The notes beneath the pieces are model-generated. The model worked only from the letters and a program-made list of their open reading frames with translations. It did no database searches and was not told where the DNA came from. Positions 39,174 to 47,553 of a DNA stretch of 64,000 nucleotides are shown here, in pieces (the first letter of the stretch is position 1; each line of letters begins with the position of its first letter). The stretch spans positions 10,452 to 74,451 of the forward strand of contig DMWY01000007.1 of the NCBI GenBank assembly GCA_003483065.1, written 5' to 3'. Made by a program: the position numbers and the translations under genes. The stretch comes from Candidatus Moraniibacteriota bacterium. GTDB lineage: Bacteria > Patescibacteriota > Minisyncoccia > Moranbacterales > UBA2206.

Positions 39174-39929
39174 GTGGAAATAATTAAAATGGAAGAAAAA
39201 GACGAAAAAACAAATGAAAAAGTTCAGGCTCTTCGTGAAATGATTTATAGCGCCGAAAAAACTTTGCAAGGCGCCAAATCAATGCTACTCCAACTTGAAG
39301 GAAAAAAGAAAGTTGGTCGCAGAAAAAAAATTAGCGACGAAGATGCCGAGGGTGGCAGAGTAATCGAAGGCACTTTTGACGGGCAAATTATGATCGGCAC
39401 TGACGGCAAACAATATCCGGTTCCAGCCAACTATGCTTCAAAATCAAAACTTGTCGAAGGAGATATGTTGAAACTCACCATTACTCCAGACGGGTCTTTC
39501 ATATATAAACAAATCGGTCCAACAGACAGAAAAAGAGTTATCGGAGTGGCCAATCTTGATGCGGATGGCGACTATTTTGTGGCAGCTGAAGGCAAAGCCT
39601 ATAAAATTCTTTTGGCTTCTATCACCTATTTCAAAGTCGAACCAGGAGATGAGGTTACTTTAGTGCTACCAAAAAATATTGACTCCGATTGGGGTTCCAT
39701 TGAGAATGTTTTGCAAAAAACTGCCAGCAAGAAAAAAGAGGAGTCAAATTTTTCACAAAAAAGTATTTATGAAGTCTTGAAGGAAGAAAATAAATTCGAG
39801 GAAAAAGCAGATGATGTTGAAAAAAATGACGCCCCAACAAACACTAGCGCTTCCCTAATCGATGAATGGGCGCCAGATCTTGAAGAACTAAAAAAAGAAT
39901 TAAATAATAATTTGAATTCAAACTCTTGA
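39174..39929 (+). CDS. Hypothetical protein (251 aa)
   Basis: N-terminal coiled coil, central beta-rich region, acidic C-terminus. A perfect DnaA-box-like TTATCCACA lies upstream at 39081-39089. Confidence 0.45.
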   Translation: MEIIKMEEKDEKTNEKVQALREMIYSAEKTLQGAKSMLLQLEGKKKVGRRKKISDEDAEGGRVIEGTFDGQIMIGTDGKQYPVPANYASKSKLVEGDMLKLTITPDGSFIYKQIGPTDRKRVIGVANLDADGDYFVAAEGKAYKILLASITYFKVEPGDEVTLVLPKNIDSDWGSIENVLQKTASKKKEESNFSQKSIYEVLKEENKFEEKADDVEKNDAPTNTSASLIDEWAPDLEELKKELNNNLNSNS

Positions 39930-40594
39930 TTTTTATGAAAACAAATATACAAGCTATGCCAAAAAAAGATTTTTGGCTCGGAATGCTATGTGGCCTTATA
40001 ATTGGTCTTCTTTTTATGCCAGTGCTGGCTGTAGCCAAACCTGACCTCTACATTCGACTGAAAATGGCCATTCTCCCCTTCTTTCTCATTGGCACACCTC
40101 TTGGTTTGGCTATCGCTCACATAATCGGCAAAAAAATTCCTGTCATTTGGCAAATTGCAAAATTTGGTGTCACTGGAGTTTTAAATGTTTTGGTTGATTT
40201 TGGAGTTCTCACAATTCTAACAATATACCTTAAAAAATATTTTGCCATTAGTTCCACCGATATTTTCTTGGGTTTTGGCGTTCTAATCGTCACTACTTAT
40301 TCTCTCTATAAAGCCATCTCATTTACCATTGCCAATATCAATAGTTATTTTTGGAATAAATATTGGACTTTTGATGAAAACAAACAAAAAAAATCAGAAT
40401 TTGGCCAATTCTTTGTGGTGAGCATTGTTGGCTTTATCATAAACGTAGCTGTAGCTTCTTTCGTTTTCAACTATATTCATCCTTTCGCTGGAATGGGCTC
40501 AGATCAATGGGGGCTAATTGGTGCGGCTGCCGGATCAATTATTGGGCTCGTTTGGAACTTTTTAGGCTATAAATTCTTGGTTTTTAAGAAATAG
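39926..40594 (+). CDS. GtrA-family membrane protein
   Basis: KFGVTGVLNVLVDFGVLTIL and FGQFFVVSIVGFIINVAVASFVF resemble GtrA-like four-TM proteins. Confidence 0.5.
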   Translation: MIFMKTNIQAMPKKDFWLGMLCGLIIGLLFMPVLAVAKPDLYIRLKMAILPFFLIGTPLGLAIAHIIGKKIPVIWQIAKFGVTGVLNVLVDFGVLTILTIYLKKYFAISSTDIFLGFGVLIVTTYSLYKAISFTIANINSYFWNKYWTFDENKQKKSEFGQFFVVSIVGFIINVAVASFVFNYIHPFAGMGSDQWGLIGAAAGSIIGLVWNFLGYKFLVFKK

Positions 40595-40612
40595 TTCTCT
40601 TTTCATACTAAT

Positions 40613-40643
40613 CAAAAAAAATCGGTGCTCAACCGATTTTTTC
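40613..40643. terminator. Intrinsic terminator (atcggt gctca accgat with flanking A and T runs)
   Basis: aaaaaaaatcggtgctcaaccgatttttt. Confidence 0.55.
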
Positions 40644-40648
40644 GTTTA

Positions 40649-40766
40649 TTGCCAGTAGCATTTCGGAGTGCTATAATATTTCATAGGGGTGCCATTTGGC
40701 GCTCCAAATTTATTAAATTCCGCGTGAGTCCGCGTTCATTCCGCGTGAGTCCGCGACGAATGTATT
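40649..40766 (+). promoter_or_regulatory. dnaX promoter (TTGCCA-N17-TATAAT) and leader with two 17-nt GC-rich direct repeats
   Basis: -35 at 40649-40654, -10 at 40672-40677; TTCCGCGTGAGTCCGCG at 40718-40734 and again at 40739-40755 (21-nt period); dnaX ATG at 40767. Confidence 0.45.
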
Positions 40767-42404
40767 ATGTCTGAAACACTTTATCGAAAATATCGACCGA
40801 AAAATTTTTCCGAAATTATCGGGCAAGCGCATATCGTGCGCACGCTTTCTAATTCGATAACAAATAGTCGCATTGGTCATGCTTATCTTTTCACCGGTCC
40901 ACGCGGGACTGGCAAAACTTCTATCGCAAGAATTTTAGCCAAAACAATTAATTGCGAAGATTTGAAAGACGCCATTACTTGCGAAAAATGTCCGTCCTGC
41001 AAAATTATCACTGAAAAAAAATCCTTAGACATAATTGAAATTGACGCTGCTTCCAACACTGGCGTGGACAACATCCGAGAACTTCGTGAAACTGTAGCGC
41101 TCTCCAATGCCTCATTGAAATTCAAAGTCTATATCATCGACGAAGTTCATATGCTTTCCACCGGCGCTTTCAACGCACTTTTGAAAACCCTCGAAGAACC
41201 ACCAGCTCACGTAGTTTTCATTCTGGCTACCACGGAAATTCACAAAGTTCCTCAGACTATCATTTCTCGTTGCCAAAGATTTGATTTTACTCGCTTGCCA
41301 ATTGGAAATATTATCGAAAAATTAACACTGATTACCAAGACAGAAAAAGTCAAAATTGAGAAAGAAGCACTTGAGATGATTGCCATTTCCGCCGAAGGAG
41401 GCATGAGAGACGCCGAATCACTTCTTGGACAAATTATTTCATTGGAAGACAAAAATATTACCGTCAAAGAAGTAGAAGAAATTCTAGGCACCGCTGACAA
41501 AAAAACCGCTGAAGAAATGGCTGAGATGATTGTGAAAAAAAATTCCTCAGGCGCGATTGCAAAAATCAATGAGCTTTTGGAAAATGGTTATGATTTGGAA
41601 ATTTTCAACAAATCCCTAGTTAACTATCTTCGCCAGATGATGATTGTGAAGATTGATCCGAGTCTCAAGAAATATTTTTCCGCCGAAATGACTACTGAGC
41701 GTTTGGAAAAAATGGTGAAACTTTGCGAAACGGCCGAACTACCCCAAATCATTTCTGCTATAAATTTATTCATGGAAGCCCAAAGCAAAATTTCAAGTTT
41801 CATCCTCCCCCAACTTCCCCTAGAAATTGCCGTCATCAAAGCCACTCATAAATTTCCAGTAGAAAAAGTTGAATATGAAATTGAAAAACCAGAAATCCCC
41901 CTTCCCCCTTCGGGGGAAGGTGCCCGAAGGGCGGATGAGGGGGAAACTAATTCAGACAGTAAAAACATAATTACTAAAACAAAAATAATAAAAGAAGAAA
42001 TTCAACCAGTAATAGTGGAAGAAAAATTTGTGGATAATGGCCAAGATTTGGACATGGAAAAAGTGCGTGCTAATTGGAAAAAACTACTTATTGATATCCG
42101 CCCCTTCAACCATTCCCTCTCTGCCTTGCTATGCAATTGCCAGCCAACCCAGGCAAAAAAGAACATTCTTACCCTCGCCACACCCTATGACTTTTATCGA
42201 GAAAGATTAAACGACGCCAACAATAAATTGACAGTTGAGCAAGTGTTTAGTAAGATATTAAAATCGACTATTCGGATTGAAATTGTGATCGACAAGAACC
42301 TAATCCCAAAAACCCAAGAAGAACAACCACCCAAAAAATCCGAACAAAACTCCCTCCTCACTGATGCATTGGAAATTATGGGCGGGAAAGTCGTGGAAGA
42401 GTAG
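40767..42404 (+). CDS. dnaX: DNA polymerase III subunit gamma/tau
   Basis: YRPKNFSEIIGQAHIVRTL, GPRGTGKTS, Zn module CEKCPSCK, and the SRC motif within IISRCQRF. Confidence 0.9.
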   Translation: MSETLYRKYRPKNFSEIIGQAHIVRTLSNSITNSRIGHAYLFTGPRGTGKTSIARILAKTINCEDLKDAITCEKCPSCKIITEKKSLDIIEIDAASNTGVDNIRELRETVALSNASLKFKVYIIDEVHMLSTGAFNALLKTLEEPPAHVVFILATTEIHKVPQTIISRCQRFDFTRLPIGNIIEKLTLITKTEKVKIEKEALEMIAISAEGGMRDAESLLGQIISLEDKNITVKEVEEILGTADKKTAEEMAEMIVKKNSSGAIAKINELLENGYDLEIFNKSLVNYLRQMMIVKIDPSLKKYFSAEMTTERLEKMVKLCETAELPQIISAINLFMEAQSKISSFILPQLPLEIAVIKATHKFPVEKVEYEIEKPEIPLPPSGEGARRADEGETNSDSKNIITKTKIIKEEIQPVIVEEKFVDNGQDLDMEKVRANWKKLLIDIRPFNHSLSALLCNCQPTQAKKNILTLATPYDFYRERLNDANNKLTVEQVFSKILKSTIRIEIVIDKNLIPKTQEEQPPKKSEQNSLLTDALEIMGGKVVEE

Positions 42405-42454
42405 CCTCATCGGCTACTTTCACCGAAAAAGCGAAAATAACAAAAATAAAAACC

Positions 42455-42751
42455 ATGTTTTATACTTATGTATTAAGAGGTATAAAAAATAAAAGATTAT
42501 ATGCTGGAATAACGAATGATTTACGACGCCGTTTCAAAGAGCATAATGAAAAAAGGGGTGGTGCATATACAAGAATAAACGCGCCATTTGATTTAATATT
42601 TTATGAAGCATACATTTACAGAGAAGATGCTGAGAAAGCAGAGTTGTTTTTTAAAAGCGGATATGGCAGAGAAGTATTACGGGATAAATTGAAACATTAT
42701 TTTATGTTAAACCCTCATCGGCAATCCGCCGAAGAGGCGGGTGGGGAGTAG
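42455..42751 (+). CDS. GIY-YIG nuclease family protein (second copy of the UPF0213-type)
   Basis: MFYTYVLRGIKNKRLYAGITNDLRRRFKEHN; the 3' end overlaps the first 10 nt of the tRNA-Gln. Confidence 0.75.
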   Translation: MFYTYVLRGIKNKRLYAGITNDLRRRFKEHNEKRGGAYTRINAPFDLIFYEAYIYREDAEKAELFFKSGYGREVLRDKLKHYFMLNPHRQSAEEAGGE

Positions 42752-42813
42752 CCAAGTGGTAAGGCAGGGGCCTTTGAAGCCCCCACGCGAAGGTTCGAAT
42801 CCTTCCTCCCCAA
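42742..42813 (+). tRNA. tRNA-Gln (anticodon UUG)
   Basis: Folded by hand: acceptor TGGGGAG/CTCCCCA (7 bp), D-arm GCC..GGC, anticodon stem GGGGC/GCCCC with loop CUUUGAA, T-arm GAAGG TTCGAAT CCTTC, discriminator A, no encoded CCA. Confidence 0.85.
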
Positions 42814-42848
42814 CTTTGTGCAAAATTTAAGCGAAAAATTGCTTACTT

Positions 42849-42880
42849 AAAAAATAGCTTTTATTAGCTATTTTTTGTTT
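42849..42880. terminator. Weak intrinsic terminator after the tRNA
   Basis: aaaaaatagct tttatt agctatttttt. Confidence 0.35.
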
Positions 42881-42965
42881 TTAGTTAGTCCCCTTTTGCC
42901 TAAAAAACTTGAATAAAACTTTGCTTAGTGATATTATAGCATTATATAAAATCACTTAATTCCAT

Positions 42966-43997
42966 ATGAAAAAAAATACAAAAAATACAAAAAATAACAA
43001 TGATTCTGGTGAAATAATTATCTACGCAGGCGCCGATGGTGAAACCAAGATTGAAGTGCAGATGAAAGATGAAACTGTTTGGCTTTCACAAAAGCAGATG
43101 GCTGAGCTTTTTGATTGCAGCGTGGATAATGTAAGTTTGCACATGAAAAATATCTTTAGAGATGGCGAATTAAACGAAAATTCAGTTACCGAGGAATACT
43201 CGACAACTGCTTCTGACGGCAAAGATTATCTTGTCAAACACTATAATTTGGACGCAATAATTTCTATTGGATATAGAATAAACTCATTGCGTGGCACGCA
43301 ATTTCGCATTTGGGCTACGCAAAAATTACGGGAATATATTGTGAAAGGTTTTGTGATGGATGATGAGCGCCTAAAGGAAAGTGGCGGAGGGAAATATTGG
43401 CATGAACTTCTTGATCGCATTCGCGATATTCGCAGTAGTGAAAAAGTCCTGTATCGTCAGGTGCTTGATTTGTACGCCACAAGCCTCGATTACAATCCTA
43501 GAGCGTTAGAATCTATAAAATTTTTCAAAATCGTGCAAAATAAACTTCATTATGCCGCACATGGACACACAGCTGCCGAGGTCATAGTTAAGAGAGCTAA
43601 TGCTGGTAAGCCTTTTATGGGGTTGTTGAGTTTTTCAGATGGCGGTGTAAGTAAAAAAGATATTGTTATTGCAAAGAATTACCTTGATGAAAAAGAGTTA
43701 AAAGTGTTGAATAATATCGTTTCCGCCTTTTTTGATTTGGCTGAAGTTAGGGCAATGGATCACGAGCCGACTTATATGAAGGATTGGATTGTCCGTCTCG
43801 ATAAATTGATTAGTGTTTTTGATAAAAAAGTTCTTACAGAAGCCGGCTCGGTGAGTCATGTTGAGGCGATTAAAAAAGCAGAAAACGAATACAGAAAATT
43901 TCAGGCTAAAACTCTCTCTCCAGTCGAAAAAGCGTATTTGGAAAATATTAAATTATTGGAGAAAAAGGTTAAGGGGAAAATAAAAGATAAGAATTGA
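42966..43997 (+). CDS. RhuM family virulence/DNA-binding protein
   Basis: IIYAGADGETKIEVQMKDETVWLSQKQMAELF...SIGYRINSLRGTQFRIWATQKLREYIVKGFVMDDERLK...HYAAHGHTAAEVI matches the RhuM family along its length. Confidence 0.8.
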   Translation: MKKNTKNTKNNNDSGEIIIYAGADGETKIEVQMKDETVWLSQKQMAELFDCSVDNVSLHMKNIFRDGELNENSVTEEYSTTASDGKDYLVKHYNLDAIISIGYRINSLRGTQFRIWATQKLREYIVKGFVMDDERLKESGGGKYWHELLDRIRDIRSSEKVLYRQVLDLYATSLDYNPRALESIKFFKIVQNKLHYAAHGHTAAEVIVKRANAGKPFMGLLSFSDGGVSKKDIVIAKNYLDEKELKVLNNIVSAFFDLAEVRAMDHEPTYMKDWIVRLDKLISVFDKKVLTEAGSVSHVEAIKKAENEYRKFQAKTLSPVEKAYLENIKLLEKKVKGKIKDKN

Positions 43998-44082
43998 TAA
44001 TTTATTTTAAAAAAAGAAAACTTCAATTTTACCTTTAGTGACTTTTCTGCTAAGATTAAGCCATAAAATAAGAAATTTTCAG

Positions 44083-44676
44083 ATGATTTATCAACACCAA
44101 TATTTCCAATTAAACACCGAGAGCAGGAAAGTTTTTGACGAAAACGGCAAAGAGCTTGTTTTGACGGGCAATTCATATCGCATGCTCGTTTTTTTGTGTG
44201 AAAATAAACATGCAACTTTGACCGAGATTGGAGATTATCTGGATCATGCCAAGGAATATACGGAAAATCATCTAAGGCAATATCGCTATAAGATAGAAAC
44301 TATAATTGGAAGAAATGTTATTGAATATAAAAATGGGATGTATTCCATTGTTGGTGATCTCCAAGAATCGTCTGAATTAGCCAAAGTTGAGCGTAATACG
44401 GATTTATTACGGTCGGAGAGTGTAGAATTAGGACAAGATAATCAAAAAACATTCAAAAAAATGAAATTTAGTAAAAAGACTTGGATTGGCATTGTTGTTG
44501 TTTTATTAATAGTAGTCGGCGGTTATTGGCTAGTCAAAAATCCACCCGTCAAAAAATCCAGCGCGGGTATCTGCCACTCCAAAGGTACGGACTACTACGA
44601 AAAAACCAAAGATTTCACCGCCTATCTCTTGCTCAACGCCTGCCTGCAAAGTGGAGGTAGATTACCTAAAAAATAA
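44083..44676 (+). CDS. CadC/OmpR-type winged-helix transcriptional regulator with a TM anchor and small extracytoplasmic Cys-containing domain
   Basis: RKVFDENGKELVLTGNSYRMLVFLCENKHATLTEIGDYL resembles a trans_reg_C winged helix; TM helix WIGIVVVLLIVVGGYWLV; C-terminal ~50 aa carry two Cys. Start set at the internal Met (ORF begins 44038). Confidence 0.5.
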   Translation: MIYQHQYFQLNTESRKVFDENGKELVLTGNSYRMLVFLCENKHATLTEIGDYLDHAKEYTENHLRQYRYKIETIIGRNVIEYKNGMYSIVGDLQESSELAKVERNTDLLRSESVELGQDNQKTFKKMKFSKKTWIGIVVVLLIVVGGYWLVKNPPVKKSSAGICHSKGTDYYEKTKDFTAYLLLNACLQSGGRLPKK

Positions 44677-44700
44677 ATCTTATTATTTAATTTTAAAATT

Positions 44701-45366
44701 ATGACTGATGAAAAAAACAGAGATGATGTTAATCTCGATTCAATATTTGAAGGTGATATTGTAGAAACTGAAAAAGAAATTCAGCAAAGAAAAAAAGGGG
44801 GAAAGATAGAAATATTAAAAGAGCTAGGCATTAAGACACTTAAATTTATTGGTGGCTTTGTTGTGGTTATTTTTATTGGATACATTCTTTTTTCAGATTC
44901 AAGCAATAACAAAGATATTCAAAATACTCCGAGTGAAACAGAAATAAAAGAAATTGCCCTAAAAAAAGAACTGTCTGGAAAATATAATGCAGTTATTTTT
45001 GATGATAATAAATATCTTTTTTCCAAAGACTTACAGGAAAACATTGATAAGAATTTTTTTATTGAAGGTTGGGTGCATGATATATATAAACAAGATGAAA
45101 AGTATTTTATTAAATTAAATGGATATGGCTATCATGGAATATTTGAAATTAGCAAAGGACACATTGAATATTTAGGGAGTGGAGAAAATGAAAAAGGATG
45201 GAAAGATAATTTTTTTGTAATAATAAAGTTAGCCAATGCCTCAAAGCCATTGTTTGAAAAAAATGCCAGCATTGAAAAGGATAGTGAAGACTTACTTGTG
45301 TATGATGAGTATTCTGATGATTTTTTGCTAGAAGGTGAAATATTAGCTATACAAAAGATTGATTAA
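44701..45366 (+). CDS. Hypothetical single-pass membrane protein
   Basis: 221 aa; TM at about residues 45-65, then a soluble domain rich in aromatic and Lys residues. Confidence 0.45.
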   Translation: MTDEKNRDDVNLDSIFEGDIVETEKEIQQRKKGGKIEILKELGIKTLKFIGGFVVVIFIGYILFSDSSNNKDIQNTPSETEIKEIALKKELSGKYNAVIFDDNKYLFSKDLQENIDKNFFIEGWVHDIYKQDEKYFIKLNGYGYHGIFEISKGHIEYLGSGENEKGWKDNFFVIIKLANASKPLFEKNASIEKDSEDLLVYDEYSDDFLLEGEILAIQKID

Positions 45367-45386
45367 TTTTAAAAAATATTAATAAA

Positions 45387-46109
45387 ATGAAAAAATGCCT
45401 ATTTTGTTCAGAAGAAATTCAAGATATCGCTAAAAAATGTAGATATTGCGGAGAATGGTTTAAGGAAAATGCCATCAATAATACAAGCGAAGAAGCTACG
45501 CAGGATAAAAAATCTAGAAAAGCACCCGCCAAGAAATTTAGTTTTGGAAAAACTTTTTTATATTCCACTATAATCTTGGTAGCTATTTTATTGCTTGTTT
45601 TATTTAGTTTTGCAGATATGCTTGAAGATAATATTTCAGAAATATTCGCTGTAATTTTTGGAGGCTTAGTCATTGTCGTCCCAATTGGATTAATAATAAC
45701 TTTTTTTATTAAATGGCTTAAGGAAGGCTCGGAAGAAAATAATCATCAAAATAATTCTGATACAGCAGATACGGCTGTGGTGAAAAAACAATGGAGTAAT
45801 TTTATTAAACTCTTTTGGTTATTCTTTTTCATTAAACTTATTTCTAAAGGAGCAGAAACAGTTCAGGATCAAGATATGGCAATGATTATGTTTATTCTCC
45901 AATTTCCAGCAATCTTGGGAATGGTTATACTGATGGGATATTATTCATATAAATTTTCTGGAAAAAAATCATATTGGTTATTTGGACTACTTGGCTTACT
46001 CTGGCTTGCGATAATTGGAATATTTCTTGGGTTTTTTCAAGTTCAAAGATTGAAGAATATAAAGCTGGGAATGGATGATAAATGCAAAAGTTTTAAATTA
46101 AGTAAATAG
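45387..46109 (+). CDS. Zinc-ribbon-containing polytopic membrane protein
   Basis: N-terminal CLFC...CRYC zinc ribbon followed by about five TM helices. Confidence 0.5.
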   Translation: MKKCLFCSEEIQDIAKKCRYCGEWFKENAINNTSEEATQDKKSRKAPAKKFSFGKTFLYSTIILVAILLLVLFSFADMLEDNISEIFAVIFGGLVIVVPIGLIITFFIKWLKEGSEENNHQNNSDTADTAVVKKQWSNFIKLFWLFFFIKLISKGAETVQDQDMAMIMFILQFPAILGMVILMGYYSYKFSGKKSYWLFGLLGLLWLAIIGIFLGFFQVQRLKNIKLGMDDKCKSFKLSK

Positions 46110-46138
46110 AGACGTTAGCGAAAAAATATAATAAGCAT

Positions 46139-46399
46139 ATGAAAAATATTTTCGATATAATAAAAGGTTTCCTTGTTTCATTGCCAATAGGGATATCCGT
46201 TGGTGCAGTGTTTATTTTTGGTATTTATATTTTTTCCAAAATCGTTGGGTGGATATTTAACTTAAATTTTTTTGAAGGAATTTCAAAACTTCTAAATGAT
46301 TTACTCATCGTTGCAATATCCAATAAAGAAACTGTTCTGATTTGTTTTGCTATAATTATCACTTATCTTATGGTCTCCTATAGCCCAACAAAAAAATAA
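46139..46399 (+). CDS. Hypothetical small membrane protein
   Basis: 86 aa, two to three TM helices. Confidence 0.4.
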   Translation: MKNIFDIIKGFLVSLPIGISVGAVFIFGIYIFSKIVGWIFNLNFFEGISKLLNDLLIVAISNKETVLICFAIIITYLMVSYSPTKK

Positions 46400-46650
46400 A
46401 TGGATATAAAATCAAGAATATGGATAGAAATAAAGAATTGCTATTGAAGAGAAAAGGGGTCAAGCACCTTTTAGAGATTTAAGAAATAATTTTTTATTCA
46501 GTAATATGTTCAGCCCGCTTGCCTTGCAATGTATCTATAATTTAAGTTGAGAAATTACAAACATATTAATTATTTTATAAAACCACAACTTATTCTTTGC
46601 AACAAGGCATTGCGGGCAGGCAACATTTTTTTTAGTAGTATAATTAAATT

Positions 46651-46932
46651 ATGTTTGAAAAAATGAGATATAATTTTTGGCCGTTGATAAAAACCCGCTT
46701 GATTTTTTGGTGGTGGGTCTTGAAGTATCGTGGCAAGAAAAATATTCCGCCAGAAGTTGTTTTTGAAGCGATGACGAAAACTATGGAAAGCTTGAAGGAA
46801 AACTTGCAGATGGCACGCATCTGCGCGACAAATTCAGATAATGTTGATAAGAAAGAAATAGAAGAAATATATGACGCGATAAATCGCACGGATGATTTGG
46901 AAAAAAAAATAAACAGAATTCAAAAGAATTAA
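46651..46932 (+). CDS. Hypothetical protein (93 aa)
   Basis: An ORF 46644..46889 on the opposite strand overlaps it. The plus frame is preferred because of the ATG context and the tight junction with the downstream plus-strand gene. Weak call. Confidence 0.3.
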   Translation: MFEKMRYNFWPLIKTRLIFWWWVLKYRGKKNIPPEVVFEAMTKTMESLKENLQMARICATNSDNVDKKEIEEIYDAINRTDDLEKKINRIQKN

Positions 46933-46943
46933 CGCCAGCTTTT

Positions 46944-47522
46944 ATGCATTACAAAAATAAAATTTTTGCGGAAAAAGAAATTCGCGGGGAGCATTTTTTG
47001 GATTGTCAGTTTTCTGGATGCGCCTTTCCGAAAATCAATCTAAAATTCACCGCTTTTAATAATTGCGTCTTTACGGCTTGTGATCTTTCTTCCATCGATT
47101 GTGAAAGCACTGGCTTTGCCAATTGTTCATTTCCTGAAAGCAAACTAAGCAACCTAAATTTCTTAGCGGTGAAATTCAGCGATTGTGATTTTTCTGGTGC
47201 TATGATGCAAAATTGTGTTTTTGAGAAACGCCCAGGGAAGAATGATTTGTCAGCCAAAAAATTCTCTCTTGCCTCTTGCAAATTCGAAGAAACTGATTTG
47301 TCGGGCAGTATATTTTTTCTTTGTGATTTAACTGGCGTTAGCTTTAGAAACTCCAAACTAGAAAAAGCCGGCTTTGAAAAATGCATCCTGAGGAAAGCCA
47401 ATTTCACTGGCGCGACAATTACCGGCGCACATTTTACCGACTGCACAATTGAAAAAACTATTCTAGATTTTCAAGGCTTCATTCACTTTGGCAATTCGCA
47501 TGGCTTTGAGTTGAATAGCTAA
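46944..47522 (+). CDS. Pentapeptide repeat protein
   Basis: Tandem A(D/N)LxF-type pentapeptides (CDLSSIDCESTGFANCSFPESKLSNLNFLAVKFSDCDFSGA...). Confidence 0.8.
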   Translation: MHYKNKIFAEKEIRGEHFLDCQFSGCAFPKINLKFTAFNNCVFTACDLSSIDCESTGFANCSFPESKLSNLNFLAVKFSDCDFSGAMMQNCVFEKRPGKNDLSAKKFSLASCKFEETDLSGSIFFLCDLTGVSFRNSKLEKAGFEKCILRKANFTGATITGAHFTDCTIEKTILDFQGFIHFGNSHGFELNS

Positions 47523-47553
47523 GAAAAAAAATCATCCACCAAAGATGATTTTT

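Noticed and set aside
40649-40766. SRP RNA (ffs/scr) upstream of dnaX, as in Bacillus
   Set aside because: No domain IV signature is present (GGAA tetraloop with AGG / AGCAG asymmetric loop). The region is better described as a promoter plus a repeat-containing leader.
42742-46400. Integrated prophage or genomic island at tRNA-Gln
   Set aside because: No integrase, no duplicated tRNA 3' end or att repeat, and no phage structural genes. It is kept only as a possible accessory block.
46644-46889. Minus-strand 81-aa ORF overlapping the 46651..46932 plus ORF
   Set aside because: Both are weak. The plus orientation fits the surrounding co-directional gene block, and the minus ORF has no upstream signals.
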